From assembly GCF_001949145.1 (NCBI RefSeq), contig NW_019091356.1, forward strand, positions 2,822,713 to 2,886,712: a stretch of 64,000 nt of DNA. The letters are read 5' to 3'. This document shows, piece after piece, positions 13,701 through 24,397 of this stretch. The position numbers and the translations under genes were made by a program. Position 1 is the stretch's first letter. Each line of letters begins with the position of its first letter. The notes beneath the pieces are model-generated. The model was not told where the DNA came from and did no database searches. It saw nothing but the letters and a program-made list of their open reading frames with translations. This stretch comes from Acanthaster planci (Eukaryota).

Positions 13701-16700
13701 AAGGAAATCTGGTACACAGTGTTGACCCTTTACCATGCATTTCCTTTTTTCTCCTACAGTCTAACAAAGGTTGTCTGCCACTCCGTCAGGTCAATGCACG
13801 GCAGGTCTGAGGCAGTTGCCCACACGTAACTTAAAAACGCAAACAGCATTCAATTACTTTTTTCGAATATATTCCCGGAAAAGAGAAAACCCACCAATTT
13901 CATTCTGAGATGTAGTTTCAGTGCAAGTCACCAAAACAACTTTCCACGGTTGGAGTAAGTTACAGGCCCAGTCTTACATAATGAACACTGACACAAACTA
14001 GCAACATCTTGTGCATTCTGCATTAACAGAAAAATTGGCCGATGGAGCAGTGTTAGGAGTCTTCCACTGCGTTACATAATAATTCAACGAAACACAACCT
14101 TTCAAGACTCTTCACAAATTGCCAGCACCTGATGGGATTTTGCCCCCAACATCATTCAAGTAATATGTTGCCGACGGAAACCTGTTTGGGGCTCTACATC
14201 AAATTGATCACACTGGCCGCTCGCTCACTTGAGTTGGGAGCTCTCTGTACAGATGTTGTAGGTATACTCGGCATCTTCTAGTGTACTCTTAATCTTCTGC
14301 TCGATCGATTGACGCTTTAATTCCAGCACCTTCAAAATATGCGAAATAAACATAAAATCACACTTGATTAAAGTCCGTACGAAAGCACATATTTCAAGAA
14401 TTCTCACAAGCTCAAGAATTCCATTTTCACTGCCTAAACATAATGACAGGATTTGCCAGAGGATTTGGAGGGATTGCAGCAGTAGGCACACCTCCAAGTA
14501 ACATTTTCAAGAAATTTTGGAGGATTTTGGGGGATTGAGGAAGAAACCAATTTTTTCACCACCCAAAGCACCACCCTAGCAAAAAGGGCATAGGGGGTTA
14601 GGGTCAAAGGGAAGACTACAAAAATTAAACAGGTGGTAAGTGGAAGTTTAAAGGGCAAACCTCAAGTTCGGCGGACTTGGCACGCTTTGCCAGTGCCACC
14701 GCGCGCTCAGCCGGAACGGTGCCAGAGTACTCCCCAGCCTTGACAAGTTCTTCGGTGTTCGTCCCCACATTGGCCCTTGGGACGGCTTTGGCTTTCGTAG
14801 TCAATGCTGCCTCCAGGTCCAGGAGTTGTCTGGTCACAGACTGCAACTCATTAGACAGGCTAAAAGGGGAGAATAAAAAAAAATCCTTTGAGTGAAACAA
14901 AATTGGAAGCATGTCTCAGTTGAGAAAATATTGATCTCTGAAGCAAGTCAATGCTTTATCCAGGAGTTGAGAGAGGGAAGGGGGCCAGTCAAGGAGTCCT
15001 GAACCACTATTTTATTCACTTTACCTTTATATACTTGAATACGGTGAAATTCATAGCCAAATCAGTTCATGTGCCTTCTTTACAGAGCATACAAGGCACA
15101 CTTACCACTTGCTGCCGGGTGTAATTTGAAGTTGCATGACGTAAAACCGGGAGATTTTCCATTTTCAAAATTCTTCAAAAATTCATGACTTCATTCACAC
15201 GATTGACTGTCTTGTGGCTACTCTAATATAAAAGACAACATCTATTGATGCCCGAGTATTTCAACCAAGCTTGCCATTTGGTAAAAAGACCCCAGATTGT
15301 GCAGTGTTACATAAGTTTCTTTTGTTCCCGAAACTGGCACAGTGCGAGGTTGGCGTCTTTTCAATAGGGGCCAGATTGAAGAGTAACGGTATTGTATCGC
15401 TCATCCCTGGAGTGCTGGAGCGCTTTTGTCCCTGGTGGTAATCCACTCACACTAAATGCCACAAATAGTGGTATAATCTTTCAAAACAATGACGGATTTC
15501 CTCCTCTATTAACAATAGAGAAAATGTCAGCAATTCGAAACAGCTGGGTCTTTTACTCCGAGTACGGTCTTTTTTGATAAGGCCTAGCTCTTTTGTCTGG
15601 TTTTGGGCTCCCCGCTTTCGTGTATAAAGCCTATGTGCCTGAAACCGGGCTCCCCGGCAGGAAGTGGTGAAGATACCAGAAGAATACGAAAGACAATAAA
15701 AACGTCAGTATCATTATAACAGTAAATCTCCCTTTAAAGCTAAGCTAAAATGCGCATTATTGTAGTTGAAGGCCACATACTGCACGTCACAAGAGTCCAG
15801 GGCTGAATGATTAAGTGAGAGCAAGTGCACCATCATCTGAAAGGGAAATTGTGATAGAGGGCCAGTCTAAACAGCATGCAAATCTCCAATGACGAGCAAT
15901 GTGTTAACGTCTGCCTTACCATGCGCTTTGCTTCTCGGCGGCGACCAATTTGCTCCTGGTGGTGCTGAACACGCTCTGCAACTCTCGGTGGTCCAGCAAG
16001 AGCTTCCTGAACTCTGACGTCTGCTGCTTGCGTCTGCTGTCCAGCTCACACTGGGCATCCTGGCATCAAACAGGGGAGAGATGCAACACTTTCCTACTAC
16101 AGGCATTGACGGCACATGAAATGATGTAACCAGTAAACTTCTACATTTGTTTCATTTAGGAAAGATTCTGAATTCACCAATACCTCCTCAAGAGTAAGTT
16201 TGAAGTTGCTACTAAACAATACACATGTATTAAAATTCCAAGCATGTGCTGTTTCTATTAAGGCCAATTCATGTTCACTGAAACCACGGTGGTTTGACTC
16301 TGTGCCATAAATGACAAACAAGTTAAAAAGAAGCTACATTTCAACAGACAATTTTTGCTGACCAGTGTTTTGAAAATGCAAACTTTTTCATTCACATGAG
16401 GAACAAACAAGCCCTTCAAAGGGGCAAACAAAGCCCACTCAGACTCCTGATCAATGGTTGAAGTGTTTCACAAATAAAAGAAAAATGATGGCATCGTACA
16501 CAAAGTCGAGATTCGGTCTCCTGGAGGGTTTCTCTCAACTCCTTCGTCTCCGCACTGTGCCTGCTCTTTTGAGATGCTATCAAGTCCCTCTCACAGTCCA
16601 AGGTAATTTCAAGGATGCTGACTCGCTCTAACTGTTCATGGTTTGAAAAGAAGACATTCAGATATACATGTAGAATGATTTTTGTTTCACTCCACAAAGG

Positions 16701-19700
16701 AGCAAAACTATGTTTCTCACTTGACATACAGACTACAGAAAAAATGCACACATAAAAAGCAAATGCCTGACAAAAGTTTCCTTAACTATGCCAAACTTAC
16801 CGCTTCAATGTACTTTTTCATGTGGGCCTCCTCCAGCTCCGAGGGTGTGTCCACGGCCCGGTTCTGCGTGGACAAGGTGACCGTTGTGATGCCAACGTTC
16901 TTTGTGATGATCTTCTTGGTGCTGATGGCTCGTGTGCACATCCTGATCTCATCTGTGTTCACTCCTTTGTCCTTCAATTTGGGAAGAGTCCTGTTGACAG
17001 GGCCATCTCGGGCTAGAGGGACTTCTTTCTGTCTAACTTCCTTAGTATCGGCGGCACCGTTAGCACAATTATTTTCAGACAGCGCTGGATGACCTCCACG
17101 TGAATACCTGCAAACTTCTTGTTGGTCTCTCAGGTCTGGAAGTGGCAAGGCTTGCTCTACTGGACATGATCCAGCATCCTGAATTAGAACCATACATTGA
17201 CCAGTCTTGCTTGGAGGTTTAGAAACAGTGGACACTTGACGTGACACAATATCACCACCAGTTTCTGCTGAGGGTTTTGAAACTGCGCGATTCAGAGGAA
17301 TCTGACAGCAGTCAGGATCGTGTTTTGAACAACTTTCAGGATTCTGCTCCAGGTTTGCATACGTGTTTACCTTGTCTGAATCTGCAGCCAATCCTGATCC
17401 TGCAGTTATTCCTCTCTTGGACTCATCCCTTCTCTGTCTCCCTTGTGGGGGGCCTCTGTGTTGCTTATCAACTAATTCTGAACCCCCCAGCTGACCACCA
17501 GCCTCGACATGCTCCCGTACATCAACAACCTTATCCTCATTTGTGGAACCGTCATTCTCCTCACTATCACGTATCTCTGTGGAGGGGTAAAGAACTGTCT
17601 CCCCTGGCTGAGTTTTCTCTTCCAATTCAGGCTCTGCTGAAACCAAACAGACAGGCTTAGGATCACCACAATAGTCACCAGAGACACTCACAAATTCTCT
17701 TGTATGACTGTCGGGAGTTTTCGAGCTTGTATCAGGCTCCAGTGCATGCAAACAGGAATGTTCATTTTCTCCACTGGATGACTGGGAGTCCCACAGGTCA
17801 CTTTCTGGTTTCGGTACAGCTTTGATGGGTGAGTGCAGTTGAGGGCTCGTTTCCGATGAGGAAAATTCACTAACTTCCTTCTCGCTATCCTCAGCCAGTT
17901 CAAGTGGCACACTGAGATCTCGGTGGACACTACTGAGTACTTGGCCGGTAGTTTCAGATTTGCATTCCTCTGTTTTAGGCTGTCCTGAGCTGATTGGCAA
18001 GCTACATGGATTGGCTTCTCCCATGGTGTGACTACTGTCAAGGGTACACTCTTCCTTGGACCCTTCCCAAGTGGATGGAGAATTTGTAATTTTTACATCA
18101 CCCTCTAAAGCTACATCTTCTACACCTGTTTGGAACTTGTGTTGATCCGTGGGATCATCTGAAGCTTTGTGTGAATTGCCTGGGGTCTCTAAGAACCTGG
18201 AAGAATGTGTGTCCGGAGTTTCACGCGTAGTCTGTTTGTGTTTGTGGTCCAACTGAACAGCAAAAGCAGCTTCCAATCTGTCTGCGTCAGGTGCTACCTC
18301 CCGAGACAAACTGTCCGTAGAAGCGTTAGGTTCTTCTGGCAAAATCTGATGCCCCTGAGACTTTTGCAGGCTATGTTCGTCTCTTTGGACATCAGTTGAT
18401 GGGATAGATTCAATGACATCTTTGATGGTTGTGGATACCTCTGGACACACCAAAAACTGTTCAGGACCTGTGAGGTCTCCATCTCGAATAGGATGATCGA
18501 CTTCCTGTGTAGCGCAGAGGTCATTCTCTTGACAACCACCAGAAATCTGTTTTGTGTTTACTATCTGATCAGCAGTAGAAGTACAGGGTTCCTTTTCCAC
18601 AGCTTCTAGCATGTTTGCACTGGAGTTCAAGCCACAGCTCTCAGAACGGTCCTGGTCAGACCCAGAGTTTTGGTCAGGCAACTTCGACAACTCACGTTGG
18701 TGATTTGGCACCCCGCTGGGTGTTTCCTCAATACTGTCATTGGTTGTCGAGCCTTCAGAGTCGCTAGCCATGGGTGGGTCTGAGAGAGTTTCGTGCCTTG
18801 CCGCTGCCAGACTCTGCAAGTACTGGATCCATCCACTCTCTCCATTACCTGTTGCCAAACCACTCAATATAGAAGCCATTTTGGGTCTGGTACTCAAGCT
18901 TCCCTCTTGTGGGCCCTTCATGGCAGCTGGCTTTTCTTCCCCTTGTTTCGGCGGTTCTATGCCTTTTTCTTCCTGCTGCTCTTCGGCATTGCTTGCCCCA
19001 TCTTGCGGCAGTTTACTGTCCTGCACAGCTGTACTGGTCTGTCCTGCTGGAGTCGAAGGTGAATTATCTTTAACCTCTGAGATGGAAGAGGATGTCAACG
19101 TAGAGTTTGTGGTGACCTCTGAAGTAGCTTTACTCCCTTGCTCCCTTAAATGATTCTTAGCATCTTCACAGCAGATTTCTTTAGCTTTGGTGGCCAGTTT
19201 CTCTCCCATGGTAACATACGGTGATGCCAGCTGTGGTGACAAAGGTATCGACCTCCCCTGACCGCTCGACCTCTGTTGGCTGAGTGACAACTCCTGCTCC
19301 CCTGCTCTTGCTCCCATGTTGCTTACAACGTGTACAGAGACCGAGTTATCAAGGAGTGGTTTTTCTGTGACCTCCTTTGCCTTGGCAGCTAATCTGTCTC
19401 CAACATCAGTGAAGGGGCTTTTCTCTTCCTTTTTGTCTTTAAAAGTAGGTGTCTCACCTGAACAGAGGGAAACACTTACAAGCATCCACAACCATATCTA
19501 TCTTGTCAAACTTAACAAAATAAATTAAGTCTACCAACTTCAATCATAATATCTACCAACTTCAATCATAATATGAAATTTGTGAGAAAACAAAATTAAC
19601 TTTGTTTCTCAAGAATAAGAACTTGTAACAATTTTATCTTCTCATACGTATAGCATGCCTTCACATTTAGATACTTTACCAGATTATTCAAAAGGGGAAA

Positions 19701-22700
19701 AAAAATCATCAGCAAATTGTGATTTTTTGCCAGTGTGTGTGAAACATCAATGCCACTCAAGTAAGAAGTACAAGGTAACCAACTAATAGTCAACTGTCTA
19801 GGTGTAAATTATGTCCATAAGTACATCAGAAACCATAGAGAGAAACAGGTGCAGGAGCAGTTGATTGGCGCAATAGACTAATCAGATTACACCCGTTACA
19901 GACAGGTGTTCTAGAGTCGTGCTGAACCAAATTAAAGCAAGTTTTGAATTAAGAACGGCAAAAGTGCGATGTAAGAAATAATTAGGAGTGACCAGGCGAG
20001 CTACCAGGCAAAAGATTGACATTTAAAAGAGCTCGAAACAACACAAGAGCAACTTGGTTTCAAATGTCGTTGTTTTCGTGGACCAAACCCACTGCAAAGG
20101 TATGTATTAATTCGTCTGTTTGAAACTAAATTTAATTGGGTCAATCCGAGTCCCTATTAATTCTATTTGGTTCGGCGCGACCTTTGAACACCCAAATTAC
20201 AATATTGCTGTTTGAGTGCTGCTAAAGCTGTCAGCCTACTTCAAAATTCAACCTCCTAAATCCTGAACAATCCACCAGTAGAGCCAATGATTTTCTAGGA
20301 TCCCGGAAAACGGATGGAAATAGCGGAATCAACACTTTGAAACAGAAATCGCCACTTGAAATGGAACTTGCAAACTTTCCCATTAAGAATGGCTTCAAAG
20401 TAAAGAAAACTTTCCACAAAGAGCCACAACTAAATGCCTACCAAACCCTTTTAAAATGCTTGCGTCTAATGAAACAATTATGCTGGAAACATCGTAATTT
20501 GCACCACTCCAGCCCATGATTGGGTAATCTGAGCCGGTACCGATACTTGCAGGCGCTAGTATGGCTGTTATGAGCCTCAAGCGTGCAGCAGCGCAGTATG
20601 GTACACACATTGGCCATTCACATGTGCACTGTACGAGCATTGAAATCAAGGTGCAAACAAGTTCATACTCACACATATGCTTATTGCATGTGTGGGGATT
20701 TCAGTCTGTGAATCCGCATAGATGCCTTGAGACAAGGCTAGTGCCGCATAGCGCAACAATGAAACCGTGGCAGCAAAACGGAAGACTAATTACATATTTC
20801 TTGACTCAAAAAAACCTAGTAAGCTTGGTGTACTATAGATGAATGGGCCCTTGGAAGTGATCAATGAAAAGCAAAGTTTTGTCAAAGTCAAATACATGCA
20901 TTTTAAGGCTCGCATTTAATGTTAGCTTTCTGAATTTGTCACACCACTGCCAAATAAAATGGCGGGTCGAGGTCCAATATTGACATATTGTGATCAACGA
21001 CTGTTGCATGCAAGACCTACTCTATGACTTCACTGTACGTGTATTTAGATGTAATTTGTTTTTACACATGAGGAGTGAAACATGAATTGTCCGTTGCTTA
21101 ATCGTGGCAAGTTTTGGATGATCACTCCGGTGGGAAATCAAGGGGTGGCTGATGCCATATTTCTTGTGTGGATTTTTTTTTTAAATTTTCAATACAAAAA
21201 AGTAAATAAAAAAGTTGGAAACAATGCAAAAGTATTTCCAAACAATATTTGTTTCTTTTCTTTAGGGGGGATATGGTTGGGCAATTGGTGTCCATGCAGA
21301 GTTTAAAACTTGCTCTCCTTTTTCATGCTAATTTCCAAAGCAGAATTTGGGACTTGGCGAAACAGAAAATCACTGGCTCTACACCAGGTTTTGAACAATT
21401 GAAAAAGGTAAGAGTCTCGCCACTGTTGCTTTACATGAGACTTGATGCTGTGAGAAAAGTCGGAACATTCGAATTCAAATTCACAGTTGCTAACATTCAA
21501 ATGTGTCTTCATTTCTACACATTCTGAACGTGCAATCCGCAATAAAGAACTGAGAAATGAGAAGACTTAAAACCCATTCTTCACCTGGATAGAGAGTCCT
21601 GAAGTCGTCATAGTAACCGCCTCCATTCCCATAGCTCGATGTCAAGAGGGAACACAGCTCCCACAGCTTGGCAGATTCTTCGTCTTCCCTGTTCTGGGAA
21701 CCGTCACCCTTCAGAGGGTCCAACCTGGCCGGTGCGGCTGGCCCGGTAATAAAAACAAAACACAGGTGGACATTTCAATTATTTAACAGTACTACAGAGG
21801 GCAGGGCATTGTCTTTTTGATTATTCCGACGAGGCTGTTCTGCAGACTAACCACTACCACTTACAACAGAAGACGGAACTGAATAAAGGACTGACGACCG
21901 AGGACAGAAAAAAATCTTTGGTCCCCATTTGTGGCATCTGTCCTGTGTGGTACACTTAGACATGTACATGAACGCATTTTAGTGACATCCCAGAGGAACC
22001 ACCGACCTACCTTTCATGAATTCCGTAATGCAGAAATCTTCTGTCTTGCTGTCCTCCCATTCTGCTGGTTCACACGCAATATCCTGCAAGATCAAACCAT
22101 ACATTTTATCCACTTCACTTCTTGATGCCTAATAATTTGGAACAATCCTTTTCTGTTTGGTGCACCTTCTAAAAAGTCAATTGTCAAGATTCTTATTCTG
22201 ATATATCTCTGGTCTACACTGTCCAACCACTCTTTAAAAAATTGGGAGGCGGACGACGGTGCTTTACAATGGTGCATGGTGCAGTACTGTTGAAAACTCA
22301 GCACATGAATTACCAAGGACTGCTGTTAGCGGCCATCAAGAAACTGAGCCATCATCTTTCCCTTTACCTCCGAGTCCATCTCCGCTGCTTTTCCTCGCAA
22401 CGAAATATTGTCTCCTTCTACCACAAAGAACTCCTCAGCCTGCTGCAGGAATGGTCTGAGACCCCCTAGCCTCTTGATTCCCCGCCGGATGGGGGCCGGG
22501 AGCTGCATGAAGATGCTCAGAAGCCGGCTGTCGCACGCATCCAGGGTGCCGTGGGTTGTGAGAACCTCCTGAAATTGACTAGAAGACGTGAAAAAATTAC
22601 AACAGATTAAATTCAGTGCCAGAACACATGTGGAACCAAGTTCTCTCTTTTTTCCCCAGGAAACATTAATTTTTAAGCGCGATTTTAAGCTCCAAGCAAT

Positions 22701-24302
22701 ATATATGGACTTTTTTGGGGGGCTGTACTTTTTGCAAATTTCTTTTCATTCATGACCGAACCCTAGGCTCCCTTGCTATTTTTGGCTACAATACTTCCTT
22801 GAGGCCCATTCATACTTTCACTTCGCTTTCACATTTGCCAGTGGTATGAACTGGCTTTCACTTTTACAAAATCCATCAACACAATGTCTATCCAAAGGAA
22901 ACAAACCAACCTGTACAGCCTACCGCATGGTTAATCTTGAGGATTTTACAGAAATTCAATCAAGCTAGGTATGTGAATACTCTTGCATTTGAACTTTCAT
23001 GCACAGAGACTGCCGCCTCCTTGAATCTCTATTACATACTACGGCTTTAGATCTAAGCACTGTCCTGTATTCAATTACTGAAGCGAAAGAGCTCTCCCCC
23101 GACTGTATGTAATGGTACACTCCTTTTATACATTAAAATAATTATAAATACATGTAAACTCAGGGAAAATGAATCACATGCGCTATATTCACGTTTGCTT
23201 CACTGTAAAGTTGATTTGTTCACATAACTGTCAGTAACGAGCCGGTTTCTTTTATTTGAAAATTTAAACTGTTCTTCCAGCCAGTGACAAATTGTTCAGC
23301 TGAGACTGTACCTCAATAGTCTCCGTCTTTCTGGTTCTGTTAAGGGTACTGTGCAGTCCTCGGTAGCCCACGAACTCTGTATGTACTGCTCCTGATACAG
23401 TGACTGCTGTTCTTTGATACTGGGACTGCCCCCGAAACCTATGCTTCTAGAGCAGCTTATCTGTGAGGGCTTGGCAACCTCGTACAGGCTCGACTTTTTT
23501 GCATAGGTGACCGAGGGCGAGTTAGATTGTGGGTAGTACGTGGAGGTACCATTCTGTTGCAACTGTTGACTCTTGGTTTGGAGCTGAGGTTGTGGTTGGG
23601 ATAGTGGCTGGGGTTGTGGCTGGCAGTGTCGCTGTGGCTGGCAGTGTGGCTCGGGATGTGGCGGGCAGTGTGGCGGGCAGTGCAGCTGAGTGCGCGGTTG
23701 GGGTTGCAGTTGGGGCTGGCGATATGGCTGATGCTGCGGCTGGGGACTGGGCTGGCGGAGCAGCTGTTGACCGGGCCCACACTGCAGCTGGGGCCGTGCA
23801 CTGTCCTGCGATGGCAGGTGCAGTTGTGTCTCTGGCTGCAGCTGTGACTGCCAGGGTCTCGCAGCTGGTTGGGTGGGACTGCCAATGACACCGCCACCAG
23901 CTACTGGCTGGGGCATCCGAGTGTAGCTTCGTGGGACACCCTGGGATGACTGGGTGAAAGCGGGTGTTACAGATACTGGGCAATAAGTGACCATTTGCAT
24001 CGGCTGCTGGGTAAAAGGACACGGTTGAGGAATTTGCACTGGCTGTGCTGGCTGCGGAGGGATACTTCCTGGTACAAACACAGGAGCATGAGCACACAAT
24101 GGGGTGTAGCTGGCAATACTACAACCAGAAAAAGGGAGAAAAATCACTACATCAATGTATCAACAGAACGAGAAGATTGGTTTTATATTCATGATAGAAA
24201 TTAATCAAAAACAACGAAAATCGAAACATCTTCAAGTTAATCATTGAGCTTTCAGTAGAGGTGATTAGATCTGGGAGTCAATATTTACCTGGATGGATAC
24301 AT
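4686..24302 (-). CDS. TTC3/DZIP3/RNF214-family RING-H2 E3 ubiquitin ligase, whole spliced CDS (18 exons, about 2417 aa)
   Basis: GT-AG exons with matching phases: 24302-24289, 24118-23312, 22578-22368, 22083-22011, 21737-21585, 19457-16801, 16631-16500, 16059-15920, 14859-14661, 14329-14229, 13635-13452, 13083-12806, 12328-12052, 10886-9351, 8514-8381, 7677-7509, 6900-6805, 4778-4686 (7254 nt). Contains a TTC3-like HGTLD...GGLRPFL helical domain, a coiled coil and a C-terminal RING-H2 ending CPICR...FAEDFP as in DZIP3. The start codon is uncertain. Confidence 0.85.
6805..6900 (-). CDS. RING ligase exon, first half of RING-H2 (EDSDICVICQEDMNSKSGDVRMLDCGHLFHDE)
   Basis: CxxC...CGHxFH signature; AG/GT boundaries, phase 0/0. 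Confidence 0.92.
7509..7677 (-). CDS. RING ligase exon, helical domain before the RING (...EVIRQVRQDHHGSLSGTPFSTII...)
   Basis: Resembles the VR-x4-GSLSG segment of TTC3/DZIP3/RNF214; phase 2/0 fits its neighbours. Confidence 0.85.
8381..8514 (-). CDS. RING ligase exon (MSKRKKKALAH...MDKLIGVLSEQFTGVKP)
   Basis: Pyrimidine-rich CAG acceptor and GTGAGT donor; phase 0/2; basic NLS-like KRKKK. Confidence 0.85.
8728..9317 (+). mobile_element. piggyBac-type MITE, copy 1 (about 590 bp)
   Basis: TTAA at both ends, degenerate TIR related to CCACTTGCTGCCGGG, and internal sequence alignable by eye with 11331-11902 and 15101-15671. Confidence 0.8.
9351..10886 (-). CDS. RING ligase large exon (512 codons), Pro/Ser-rich disordered region with PTPEPSL repeats
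   Basis: 523-aa ORF in the track; TAG acceptor at 10888-10887 and CAG|GTAAGT donor; phase 0/0. Confidence 0.9.
9810..10160 (-). repeat. Coding tandem repeat, 21-bp (some 18-bp) unit encoding (L)PTPEPS(L)
   Basis: Repeated GATGGCTCAGGAGTGGGCA-like units on the + strand; the reading frame is preserved. Confidence 0.85.
11331..11902 (+). mobile_element. piggyBac-type MITE, copy 2 (about 570 bp)
   Basis: Ends TTAACCACTT... and ...ATATGGTTAA; shares internal blocks with copy 1 such as AAAGACCGTACTCG and GCAGGCCTGGCTGAAATACTC. Confidence 0.8.
12052..12328 (-). CDS. RING ligase exon (PGEVPTADAE...GLAENQ)
   Basis: CAG acceptor and CAG|GTCAGC donor; phase 2/0. Confidence 0.75.
12806..13083 (-). CDS. 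RING ligase exon (PKLSIKNSF...GRGRGRR...CDIR)
   Basis: T-tract plus CAG acceptor and AG|GTACCA donor; phase 0/2; contains a GRGRGR motif. Confidence 0.75.
13452..13635 (-). CDS. RING ligase exon (…IRWAEYQNSMQAHTSKLESKYNSLVRMIRDEDKTLGQLP…)
   Basis: W...Y...I...L..LP pattern resembles the end of the TTC3/DZIP3 coiled coil; phase 2/0. Confidence 0.8.
14229..14329 (-). CDS. RING ligase exon, coiled coil (VLELKRQSIEQKIKSTLEDAE...)
   Basis: Continues AELE|VLELK, an AExxVLEL pattern typical of this family; GTGAGC donor; phase 0/2. Confidence 0.85.
14661..14859 (-). CDS. RING ligase exon, coiled coil (LSNELQSV...KRAKSAELE)
   Basis: TTTTAG acceptor and GAG|GTTTGC donor; phase 2/0. Confidence 0.85.
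15101..15671 (-). mobile_element. piggyBac-type MITE, copy 3 (inverted relative to copies 1 and 2)
   Basis: Near-perfect TIR CCACTTGCTGCCGGG / CCCGGCAGGAAGTGG with decayed TTAA (CTTA, TGAA); internal sequence is the reverse complement of copies 1 and 2. Confidence 0.8.
15920..16059 (-). CDS. RING ligase exon, coiled coil (DAQCELDSRRKQQTSEFRKLL...)
   Basis: CCAG acceptor and TG|GTAAGG donor; phase 0/2. Confidence 0.85.
16500..16631 (-). CDS. RING ligase exon, coiled coil (LERVSILEITLDCER...ETESRLC)
   Basis: CAG acceptor and GTACGA donor; phase 0/0. Confidence 0.8.
16801..19457 (-). CDS. RING ligase giant exon (2657 nt), acidic Ser/Glu-rich disordered region
   Basis: 901-aa ORF in the track; TTCAG acceptor and GCG|GTAAGT donor; phase 1/0. 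Confidence 0.9.
19530..19573. repeat. Perfect 22-bp tandem duplication TCTACCAACTTCAATCATAATA x2
   Basis: Directly visible, intronic. Confidence 0.9.
19905..20192. mobile_element. MITE (about 290 bp) with about 28-bp imperfect terminal inverted repeats
   Basis: GGTGTTCTAGAGTCGTGCTGAACCAAAT versus the reverse complement of ATTTGGTTCGGCGCGACCTTTGAACACC. Confidence 0.7.
21585..21737 (-). CDS. RING ligase exon (…LDPLKGDGSQNREDEESAKLWELC…TLYP)
   Basis: CCAG acceptor and CAG|GTGAAG donor; phase 1/1. Confidence 0.75.
22011..22083 (-). CDS. RING ligase small exon (DIACEPAEWEDSKTEDFCITEFMK)
   Basis: TTGCAG acceptor and AAG|GTAGGT donor; phase 0/1 is required to join the flanking exons. Confidence 0.75.
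22368..22578 (-). CDS. RING ligase exon encoding a TTC3/DZIP3-type helical (winged-helix-like) domain
   Basis: QFQEVLTTHGTLDACDSRLLSIFMQLPAPIRRGIKRLGGLRPFLQQAEEFFVVEGDNISL matches from memory the TTC3 segment FLEEHGPLD...FP...AGGLKPFL...FVVIDNCIAL; phase 2/0. Confidence 0.88.
23312..24118 (-). CDS. RING ligase exon, Gln/Pro-rich low-complexity N-terminus
   Basis: 283-aa ORF in the track; TGTAG acceptor and AG|GTACAG donor; phase 2/2; 12-bp repeats encode QPQP/HCPP. Confidence 0.85.
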
Positions 24303-24397
24303 GGTCACAGGGATGTCACTCACGGACCGATGCCAATGGAAGTGTTAGTCAAGCCTGAAAGTCTGTCATTACACAATATGGCAAAGGGCCATATCCA
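24289..24397 (-). CDS. RING ligase exon holding the probable start codon (ATG at 24302: MYPSS...); mostly 5' UTR
   Basis: TTTTCTCCAG acceptor and CAG|GTAAAT donor in phase 2, with an in-frame TAA upstream of the ATG. An alternative GTGAGT donor lies at 24323. Confidence 0.55.

Noticed and set aside
23457..24097. Overlapping long ORFs in other frames and on the opposite strand
   Set aside because: Shadows of the GC-rich repetitive Gln/Pro exon; only one frame fits the splice phases.
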